This document shows positions 1-5,992 of a stretch of DNA of 35,171 nucleotides, in pieces (the first letter of the stretch is position 1; each line of letters begins with the position of its first letter). A model generated the notes under the pieces. That model saw only the letters and a list, made by a program, of their open reading frames with translations. It made no database searches and had not been told where the DNA came from. A program made the position numbers and the translations under genes. The DNA is from a virus (Duplodnaviria; Caudoviricetes): positions 1-35,171 of the IMG/VR virus record IMGVR_UViG_3300020718_000030; one strand, written 5' to 3'.

Positions 1-893
1 TTCTTGAGCATCTCATCTACTGCTCTTTTGGTATTAGTTCTCAAAGCATCATCCTCCCTAAAATCTTCTGCGGTTACACCCAACAACCTACCCTCTAAGT
101 CCTTACGCATCTGTTCTAATTGCAAGTCATTGGTTAAGTTAAGGTGTTTGAGTAGTCCTGTGAGTTCTTGTGCGTTCTCAACTAGGCTATCCCTAAATAT
201 CTTTTTAGTGCCTGAGCCATCGTAGTCAAAGCGTTCGGACATCTTGCTTAGCGCATCATGTAAGCGTTCCCATACATCTTTCATTGCGCCATCAAGTCGG
301 GTTTTATAGGCTTGGCTGTATCTATCTTGCAATTCCTTCATGCCAGCTTCACCAATATCCACCCTAAAATCACCCGCTTCGGGGACAGGGCTGAATGTAT
401 AGTACATACCGAATTTACTTTGTATCTTTTCTACAACAGGGTAATCCTCCCTGTTAAATAGGTCGCCTAGCTGAAAAGCTGCTTTAGAAACAAGGACATC
501 GTACTCAGCTAGAAATTCTGTAACCTTATCGGTAAACATCTTTTCGTATTCTGATAGCTTCGATTTGTATTCAAAGAATAAAGTAGATGGAAGCAACCGA
601 GTGCCAGCGTCTGACCAAGGACTTGTTTGGGAATAGCTCCAGTTACGGATTGTTGATGATAGTTTCCCTATCTCCGCAAGTTTCTCCGAGCCCGCCAAAA
701 GATTCTTGTGGTAATTGCCAGCCCGACCCTTTGTGTTCTTGCTTGCATCTACCTCTGCGCTGACAGTCTTATCTAGCTTGCGCCCTGTCCATACAGATAA
801 AGATAAGTCTACGAGCATCGCACTACTGCTAATTTTTGAGTAGGCATAATCGCTTGGTACTTCTAGGTTTAATTGCATTTGATTTGTTTCCAT
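1..893 (-). CDS. Conserved phage early protein, DUF3150-like (runs off the window edge; not in the ORF track)
   Basis: Manual translation from ATG at 893 is open to position 1: METNQMQLNLEVPSDYAYSKISSSAMLVDLSLSVWTGRKLDK...PWSDAGTRLLP...LGDLFNREDYP...PVPEAGDFRVD...KIFRDSLVEN...; SD GGAGA and a sigma70 promoter lie upstream. Family call is from motif memory. Confidence 0.75.
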   Translation of the reverse strand, partial: METNQMQLNLEVPSDYAYSKISSSAMLVDLSLSVWTGRKLDKTVSAEVDASKNTKGRAGNYHKNLLAGSEKLAEIGKLSSTIRNWSYSQTSPWSDAGTRLLPSTLFFEYKSKLSEYEKMFTDKVTEFLAEYDVLVSKAAFQLGDLFNREDYPVVEKIQSKFGMYYTFSPVPEAGDFRVDIGEAGMKELQDRYSQAYKTRLDGAMKDVWERLHDALSKMSERFDYDGSGTKKIFRDSLVENAQELTGLLKHLNLTNDLQLEQMRKDLEGRLLGVTAEDFREDDALRTNTKRAVDEMLK

Positions 894-914
894 GATTCTC
901 TCCAAATAATAAAG

Positions 915-929
915 TCGGGACTGTCCCGA
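915..929. promoter_or_regulatory. 15-bp palindrome copy 1 (TCGGGACTGTCCCGA, perfect)
   Basis: TCGGGAC-T-GTCCCGA is a perfect inverted repeat, about 40 bp downstream of the -10 at 969-974. Confidence 0.7.
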
Positions 930-968
930 ATAGGTTTAACTACATTAAACATCTACTACTTATACTAC

Positions 969-997
969 ATTATAACAGCTTACACTTACTTAGTCAA
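969..997 (-). promoter_or_regulatory. Sigma70 promoter
   Basis: Minus strand TTGACT-17 bp-TATAAT upstream of the 1-893 gene. Confidence 0.8.
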
Positions 998-1273
998 CCA
1001 AAAAAATAATAATGCGGGTATGGCTATAAACATACCTACCATCCAAAACCCGTAGATCGCTTCGCCCAAGAACTCAAGGCTTAATTGCCAATCATTCTTA
1101 AACTTAGTAATCGAGCAAGCATACTCCGCATCTCTGAACGCTTCGCTTACTGTGCGGTGTGTCTTGTTGCTATGGATAATAACTGCGGGGTCAATCTCGG
1201 ATTGATAGATAAACTCAGTCCGTTTTGTTATTGGTTTTGTTTTTACTACTGGTTTAACTGGTTCTACTTTCAT
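986..1273 (-). CDS. Hypothetical protein with a C-terminal transmembrane helix
   Basis: 95 aa ending in hydrophobic AIYGFWMVGMFIAIPALLFFW; part of a tightly packed operon. Confidence 0.7.
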   Translation of the reverse strand: MKVEPVKPVVKTKPITKRTEFIYQSEIDPAVIIHSNKTHRTVSEAFRDAEYACSITKFKNDWQLSLEFLGEAIYGFWMVGMFIAIPALLFFWLTK

Positions 1274-1274
1274 T

Positions 1275-1427
1275 TTATTTTCCTGTCGGTGTATGTTCAG
1301 GGTTATGTGTTACTAGGCTAGGTATATCTCTGATTGCATCAATCCTTGCCTGTTGTGGATGTGGCTGTGGCACATAGGGTTTATCTGTGTGCATGGCTGT
1401 CGTGGTTTGTTTAATTTTCTTAGTCAT
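1275..1427 (-). CDS. Hypothetical 50-aa protein (below the ORF-track cutoff)
   Basis: MTKKIKQTTTAMHTDKPYVPQPHPQQARIDAIRDIPSLVTHNPEHTPTGK; ATGA overlap with the upstream gene, SD GGAG, and its stop lies 2 nt before the next ATG. Confidence 0.65.
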   Translation of the reverse strand: MTKKIKQTTTAMHTDKPYVPQPHPQQARIDAIRDIPSLVTHNPEHTPTGK

Positions 1428-1663
1428 TTGATTCTCCCAATGTAGTTGCGGTTAATAAAATCTTCATACGACTCGTTGTACTTCCTTACTCTTAAATAAT
1501 CACCAAACATATAGTGCAAGGGATTGCGCTCAGCTATCAAGTCCACCTTCTCTTGCCTTGTTGCTAAGGTCTTGATTAGATGGGTAATACTGTTCTTTTC
1601 TGCTTGTGCGTGTTCTTTCACAGTCATGCGACTGCGTTCATCTCTCAATATTTTTATAGTCAT
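1424..1663 (-). CDS. Hypothetical protein
   Basis: 79 aa; ATGA-coupled on both sides. Confidence 0.7.
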   Translation of the reverse strand: MTIKILRDERSRMTVKEHAQAEKNSITHLIKTLATRQEKVDLIAERNPLHYMFGDYLRVRKYNESYEDFINRNYIGRIK

Positions 1664-1857
1664 TTCACCAACCCACCTTTCTGATTAACGCCGATTAAGT
1701 CGGCTTGGTTTGTTACCAACATATAGTTGGACTTGTGCATCGGGACTACGCAACGAACTACTCGGCTCGCTACTTCGTCACCACAATCTAGGCATAGGCG
1801 ATAACCCAATGCCCAACGCTTCTTTGCTACGAACTCATCACAGCGATGACATCTCAT
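1660..1857 (-). CDS. Small C4 zinc-finger protein (DksA/TraR-finger-like)
   Basis: CHRC-x14-CLDC pattern in 65 aa. Confidence 0.6.
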   Translation of the reverse strand: MRCHRCDEFVAKKRWALGYRLCLDCGDEVASRVVRCVVPMHKSNYMLVTNQADLIGVNQKGGLVK

Positions 1858-1952
1858 AAGATACCCCCAATAAAGTTTCCAAGCATAATAAAAAAGACAG
1901 CTAGGATGACCCAGCTACCACCCAACAACATAATAAAAACTAAGCCTTTCAT
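1854..1952 (-). CDS. 32-aa single-pass membrane peptide (below the ORF-track cutoff)
   Basis: MKGLVFIMLLGGSWVILAVFFIMLGNFIGGIL; ATGA overlaps at both ends; SD GGAG. Confidence 0.65.
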   Translation of the reverse strand: MKGLVFIMLLGGSWVILAVFFIMLGNFIGGIL

Positions 1953-2125
1953 TTTTTCTCTCCTTGTAGTGCTGTTAGTTTCGCCTTAGCTATGGCGATT
2001 GTTGTATATGCTAGTGCTAGTTCAGGCGATGCGCCCTCTACTCCTAAATCGTTTAATTTCTTTTCTGCTTGTGCTACTTGGTTTAGTAGCTCGGTGATTC
2101 GTTGTCCTTTGTAATACTCTGGCAT
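1949..2125 (-). CDS. Hypothetical helical protein (58 aa; start revised from 2188 to ATG 2125)
   Basis: SD AAGGA precedes ATG 2125 (MPEYYKGQRIT...); the longer start lies inside the structured leader. Confidence 0.65.
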   Translation of the reverse strand: MPEYYKGQRITELLNQVAQAEKKLNDLGVEGASPELALAYTTIAIAKAKLTALQGEKK

Positions 2126-2160
2126 TGTGTGTCCTTTTTGTAATTGATTTAGTTGGGTAT

Positions 2161-2175
2161 TCGGTACAGTCCCGA
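2161..2175. promoter_or_regulatory. 15-bp palindrome copy 2 (opposite orientation)
   Basis: TCGGTACAGTCCCGA; reads TCGGGACTGTACCGAAT on the minus strand. Confidence 0.6.
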
Positions 2176-2473
2176 AAGGATTTCTCAAACACCCAGTAAA
2201 CCTACTATCTATTTTGTTTGCCGTCTGCTAGTTTCTTGCAGTCCTTGTCAGGGGTTAGGGCATGGGATAAGTTTATCGTGAGTGGCATTAGGTTTGATAG
2301 CTAGGGTTTTCCCGACGCACTTTGGCGCACTAAGTAATTACCCTTACATAACCTACACACATAAACAACCTTAGAGATACTGCTCGGTCTTAGAAACTAA
2401 CCGCCCGCTTAAATGGGCTTCATAAGCCTACGCCTACTCTAAACTCACTCTGTATTCGTGAGCATTTACCAAG

Positions 2474-2486
2474 TTGTTAAAGAACG
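2474..2486 (-). promoter_or_regulatory. boxA antitermination element
   Basis: Minus strand CGTTCTTTAACAA versus the rrn/nut boxA consensus GCTCTTTAACA, about 115 nt downstream of a strong promoter. Confidence 0.65.
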
Positions 2487-2550
2487 AATGGAAAGTTGTA
2501 GATAAGTGAAGGGGTGAAACCCATGCCTCTCGGTACATCATTCGCAACAA

Positions 2551-2565
2551 TCTGGACTGTCCCGA
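2551..2565. promoter_or_regulatory. 15-bp palindrome copy 3
   Basis: TCTGGACTGTCCCGA(AT), about 41 bp downstream of the -10 at 2606-2611. Confidence 0.6.
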
Positions 2566-2605
2566 ATACCTCTTACCTACAACCTAATACTCCATCTATA
2601 ACTAC

Positions 2606-2634
2606 ATTATACGCCCTTATACTATGTTTGTCAA
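2606..2634 (-). promoter_or_regulatory. Perfect-consensus sigma70 promoter
   Basis: Minus strand TTGACA-17 bp-TATAAT. Confidence 0.9.
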
Positions 2635-2931
2635 GTCATCTTTTGGTGTGCGGTTTGATGGTCTGATGAGTAGCTTGCCCCGATTGCCTACTCGGTAGCG
2701 TGCATATACTGTATGTGGTTTGAGATTATAAATTTGGGCTATGCGAGAAAGTGACAGTTCCCGCCCCTCGACAATAGTTTTAATCTGCTCATGCTTTTTC
2801 TTTACAATCTTTTGCTTTTTCTTGACAATCTTTTCTTTTTTCTTGACAATCTTTTGCTCCACCATGCGCTTGGGTTTTCGTCTAATTTGATACAGGGTTT
2901 GTTTAAGTTGTTTAATAATACTGAGTTCCAT
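2617..2931 (-). CDS. Basic protein with KIVKKK repeats and a C-terminal HTH-like DNA-binding motif
   Basis: EGRELSLSRIAQIYNLKPHTVYARYRVG resembles the HTH modules attached to phage HNH/NUMOD proteins; SD GAGG upstream. Confidence 0.55.
   Translation of the reverse strand: MELSIIKQLKQTLYQIRRKPKRMVEQKIVKKKEKIVKKKQKIVKKKHEQIKTIVEGRELSLSRIAQIYNLKPHTVYARYRVGNRGKLLIRPSNRTPKDDLTNIV
2794..2856. repeat. 21-bp tandem repeat x3 (encodes KIVKKKx)
   Basis: Units approximating CTTTTTCTTGACAATCTTTTG, repeated three times in frame. Confidence 0.85.
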
Positions 2932-2940
2932 ATTGCCCTC

Positions 2941-3213
2941 TTAATAATCCCACTCGTTATCGTATGCTTGGCGTTGTGATGGGGACATGATTGCACTAGG
3001 TTGGTTTGGTCTGGCAGTTGTAGATGTAGTTGGTGTTGCACCGATCAATGCGTTGGGTGCTTCATCTCTGAGGTAGTCTATAAGAGCCATCCTTGCCATC
3101 GTAGAAGTTCCGACACCTTTGGCTAATGCGAGTGCGTTTAGCTGGTCTAGTAGCTTTTTAGGCATGCGGATAGCGAGAATTTCATCGTTTTGTTGCTGTT
3201 TCTTGTTTAACAT
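2941..3213 (-). CDS. Ribbon-helix-helix (CopG/Arc-like) DNA-binding protein
   Basis: ILAIRMP strand, then KKLLDQLNALALAKG helix, G-x-S turn and TMARMALIDYL helix; disordered tail; SD AAGG. Confidence 0.7.
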   Translation of the reverse strand: MLNKKQQQNDEILAIRMPKKLLDQLNALALAKGVGTSTMARMALIDYLRDEAPNALIGATPTTSTTARPNQPSAIMSPSQRQAYDNEWDY

Positions 3214-3325
3214 TGTTGTACCTTTGTTAGTTGTGTGTTGTAACGGGCTTAGGTGATCTGTTGGTATAAAGTATACACGATGTTATACGAGATGGAGTGA
3301 GAATTGAGTTTAATTTGCGTAGTAA

Positions 3326-3340
3326 TCGGTACTGTCCCGA
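3326..3340. promoter_or_regulatory. 15-bp palindrome copy 4
   Basis: TCGGTACTGTCCCGA(AT), upstream of the RHH gene. Confidence 0.6.
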
Positions 3341-3611
3341 ATAGCGTGGTGTATTTGGTTATAAGGTTGTAATTTGCATATTTTGGGGAACTGGAAAAAT
3401 ACCCCCTTGATTCTATTGATTTGGCGGGAATATTCTTCTTTTCAAAGGTTTTCAAGTAGCCAAAGCTGGAGCGAAATCTCTGTTACACAATGTAATACGG
3501 CTCTACTACTATAACCTTTTCTTAAATATATTTATATAAGAATAATACAAAATAATCCCCTGCGAGCCTTATAAACAAAGGTCTGCAGATTTTTCCAAGT
3601 GTCTGGAATAT

Positions 3612-3636
3612 TTGCGCTAATTGCGCTAATTGCGCT
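3612..3636. repeat. 9-bp tandem repeat TTGCGCTAA x~2.8
   Basis: TTGCGCTAATTGCGCTAATTGCGCT in non-coding DNA near an AT-rich tract. Confidence 0.75.
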
Positions 3637-3721
3637 TTTACATTAAGTTACACTAGCCTGACAATCCCACCTTCTCAACATCTCAACTTCCCAAAAATGA
3701 TAGTTCCCACAAAATCAGGAC

Positions 3722-3776
3722 AAAATAAAACCCGCAAGAAATTGCGGGCAATAAAAAACCCCGCACAAGGCGGGGT
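3722..3776 (-). terminator. Two tandem intrinsic terminators
   Basis: Hairpins ACCCCGC/GCGGGGT (3758-3776) and CCCGCAA/TTGCGGG (3731-3748), each followed by a U-tract on the minus strand, downstream of ORF 3808-4359. Confidence 0.85.
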
Positions 3777-3785
3777 CTAAGTGAA

Positions 3786-3800
3786 TCGGGATTGTCCCGA
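3786..3800. promoter_or_regulatory. 15-bp palindrome copy 5
   Basis: TCGGGATTGTCCCGA(AT), between the stop codon and the terminators. Confidence 0.6.
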
Positions 3801-3807
3801 ATCGTTT

Positions 3808-4359
3808 TTATTCCTCGATGCAACCTTCACGCTTCAAGATGTCGAGAATCTCGTCTTTCACTTCGTCGCTAAGCGTATCGTCAAAATCAGAATGATTGTA
3901 TAGCTTAACTAAGATATTGATAATAGCGGATTCGGTTTTCTCGGTCTTAGCACCTTTGCCCGAATTGCGGGATTTGTTTAAAGTCTTTAATGCTTTACCC
4001 GAATTAACCGCTTTAAAGTATAGCTCCCAAATATCTTGCTTATAAGACTTGCTAAGATTACCAAGTGAATCGAGAAAAGCGGATTTTGCTGTCGCTGTTG
4101 CTTGGTCTTTCTTTCTACCATCTTCAAAGCGTACCCCGCCGTTATGTAAGCAAGCAATAGATTTGTTTAGGTTTTCTAATGCTGATGCCATTCCATCACT
4201 TGACGCTTTATAAGCAACGACGAACTTCGCTGAATCGTGGATAAGGTCAAGGGTTTCGCTACTGGTAAGACTAGGTTTAGTAGATTGAACCTTGACAATA
4301 GCTCCCGCCGATGTCTTAACGATTGAATTGATTACTTTAGATTGTGTTGATGTAGTCAT
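3808..4359 (-). CDS. Hypothetical early protein (183 aa), monocistronic
   Basis: Has its own promoter, SD AAGGT and a double terminator. Confidence 0.8.
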   Translation of the reverse strand: MTTSTQSKVINSIVKTSAGAIVKVQSTKPSLTSSETLDLIHDSAKFVVAYKASSDGMASALENLNKSIACLHNGGVRFEDGRKKDQATATAKSAFLDSLGNLSKSYKQDIWELYFKAVNSGKALKTLNKSRNSGKGAKTEKTESAIINILVKLYNHSDFDDTLSDEVKDEILDILKREGCIEE

Positions 4360-4408
4360 GATGTATTACCTTTCTTAAATAGGATAGAACCATTCCATCC
4401 ATAACTAA

Positions 4409-4437
4409 ACTATATCAAAGTTTTTAAACCCCGTCAA
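4409..4437 (-). promoter_or_regulatory. Sigma70 promoter
   Basis: Minus strand TTGACG-17 bp-TATAGT; shares the downstream TAGTTAT(A/G)GATGGA with the promoter at 2606-2634. Confidence 0.75.
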
Positions 4438-4536
4438 ATTATAAATACATCAATCGTAAGTCATTGTTTTATATAGGTTTAATACTTGACTAAGTTATAA
4501 GGTTATTACTTGGTTTATCCATTCAATCAACCCTTT

Positions 4537-4551
4537 TCGGGACTGTAACGA
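4537..4551. promoter_or_regulatory. 15-bp palindrome copy 6 (degenerate)
   Basis: TCGGGACTGTAACGA(AT). Confidence 0.5.
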
Positions 4552-4740
4552 ATGACTAATTGTTTTAAATAGTTCTAAAAAGGTTTTTTTGCGCCACGAT
4601 TTTTTTATTTTTTAAATTGATTTTGACGACCCCCACCCCCAAAATTTTGAATTGGGACTCCGACGGTTCTACTAATACTCGAATTTGCACAGCCAACTAT
4701 AGATTTTCTAGCCGATGCCCCCCTATCAAAATCAAATTCA

Positions 4741-5064
4741 ATACCCCCGGGGGGTATATATTTTTTATAAAACCACCTCAAAAAAATAATACTGTAACCC
4801 TATGATTACAAATAAAAAACCCGTGCAAACATGTGACATCGACCGGCATAAAGTGCATGAAATTTCAATAAAACTGATACCCATAGGTATCAAAACATGC
4901 GCATAATTAATACACATAGGTATAAAAAAGTTTCCCGAACGGGAATAAATGCCTAAAAAATAAGCAAAAACAACTAAATCTTCCCGAACGGGAAATACTA
5001 GACAAATAAAAAACTGTCTAGTAACAATGCTGCACTACAACAAATGTATCGTATAATATACATT
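4741..5064. repeat. Array of distinct palindromes, several duplicated
   Basis: ATACCCCCGGGGGGTAT (4741-4757); ATAC(C/A)CATAGGTAT x2 (4877, 4910); TTCCCGAACGGGAA x2 (4932, 4981); TACTAGACA-N10-TGTCTAGTA (4996-5023); AATGTAT-N8-ATACATT (5043-5064). Confidence 0.8.
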
Positions 5065-5089
5065 ATTAACCCCTATTAGGAGAAACCCT

Positions 5090-5218
5090 ATGTATGACTT
5101 TTTTAAACCAATTGAATTAAACAAGACCTATCAGCAAACCGAAAAAGCAATTAAAGACGCATACCATTTTTGGTTAGACGTTGCGATTGATACCCTCAAG
5201 CTATACAAAACTAAGTAA
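5090..5218 (+). CDS. 42-aa stand-alone small protein (below the ORF-track cutoff)
   Basis: MYDFFKPIELNKTYQQTEKAIKDAYHFWLDVAIDTLKLYKTK; SD AGGAGA, TATAAT at 5052-5057, terminator right after the stop. Confidence 0.75.
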   Translation: MYDFFKPIELNKTYQQTEKAIKDAYHFWLDVAIDTLKLYKTK

Positions 5219-5223
5219 TACCT

Positions 5224-5244
5224 AGGGCCTTCGGGCCCTTTTTT
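5224..5244 (+). terminator. Intrinsic terminator
   Basis: AGGGCC-TTCG-GGCCCT followed by a T-tract. Confidence 0.9.
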
Positions 5245-5300
5245 GTAGTTACAAGTACCCCCCGGAAATAACGTTATAACTACACGTTAAAAAATCTTTG

Positions 5301-5309
5301 TGTTACACT
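5301..5309 (+). promoter_or_regulatory. Possible extended -10 promoter for the late operon
   Basis: TG-T-TACACT, 36 nt upstream of the terS ATG and after the terminator. Confidence 0.3.
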
Positions 5310-5344
5310 TCACATAACCGGAGTGCACCCAAACTTTTCCTCCT

Positions 5345-5992
5345 ATGACAACTGAGATACATGTATCACCAGAATTAACTGTTCCTATTCCAGTGGATCT
5401 AACTCCGCAGGAAGCTAAGTCATTGTATGAACAGGCTAAAGCCGCATTTAATACGGCAGAGTTTCTATACTCCAATGGTTTAAAGCTAAGACCCGATAAA
5501 AAAGAAGACCAGGCTGCGCAACGTGAAGCGGCTAAACAAGCAACGGGCAGTCCAGATGCACAACGCCGACCATTTAATGCCAAAACAGCTTTGTGGTTGA
5601 ATGATCTGTTGGATAAATACAACAATGCTGTAGTAGAAGATACGATTCGCCTCAAAACCTACGTAACTACACGCTTAGTTGAGGAATCAGACCCCGTTTC
5701 GTTGGGTCAAAAGGCTGGAGACAGGCTAAGAGCGCTAGAAAGTCTAGGCCGACTCACACAATTGGGTATGTTTGCAGACAAACTAGAAGTAAATGTGTCC
5801 CATAAGAGTACAGATGAGCTAAAACAAGAGCTTGCTAAGAAATTAAACAGGTATATGGGCCTAGCAGAAGAAGTTCCAGCGCAGGAAATTAAACAAATAG
5901 AAGAAAAAAAGCCGATAACTATTGATCTGAACAAGAAATTAGGTAAAGTTGAGCTAGGTGGCGGTGATGATATTGTGGAATTAGATGACTGA
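5345..5992 (+). CDS. terS: Putative terminase small subunit
   Basis: Directly upstream of and overlapping terL; RLRALESLGRLTQLGMF resembles the TerS oligomerisation motif. Confidence 0.65.
   Translation: MTTEIHVSPELTVPIPVDLTPQEAKSLYEQAKAAFNTAEFLYSNGLKLRPDKKEDQAAQREAAKQATGSPDAQRRPFNAKTALWLNDLLDKYNNAVVEDTIRLKTYVTTRLVEESDPVSLGQKAGDRLRALESLGRLTQLGMFADKLEVNVSHKSTDELKQELAKKLNRYMGLAEEVPAQEIKQIEEKKPITIDLNKKLGKVELGGGDDIVELDD

Larger units (their letters stand above)
2130..2600 (-). ncRNA. Long structured 5' leader / candidate ncRNA containing a boxA
   Basis: About 475 nt with no convincing ORF between a consensus promoter and the first ATG; long helices containing G-U pairs (2572-2583 with 2495-2506; 2186-2195 with 2154-2163) plus several small hairpins. 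Confidence 0.5.

Noticed and set aside
4-1321. Plus-strand ORFs 4-225, 873-1055 and 1085-1321
   Set aside because: Antisense shadows of well-supported minus-strand genes and a promoter; no RBS.
1740-1756. Possible seventh palindrome copy TCGGGACTACGCAACGA
   Set aside because: Only a half-site matches and it lies inside a coding region.
3249-3455. 68-aa minus-strand ORF
   Set aside because: TTG start, no SD, no recognisable features, and it overlaps a palindrome site; probably non-coding.
4455-4475. IHF-like site (minus strand AAACAATGACTTA)
   Set aside because: Mismatch in the WATCAA core and an AT-rich context make a chance match likely.
915-4551. Palindromic repeats as a CRISPR array
   Set aside because: Only 15 bp long, irregularly spaced hundreds of bp apart with genes between them, and no cas genes.
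4617-4805. 62-aa plus-strand ORF
   Set aside because: TTG start with no SD, running through homopolymer and palindrome-rich DNA.
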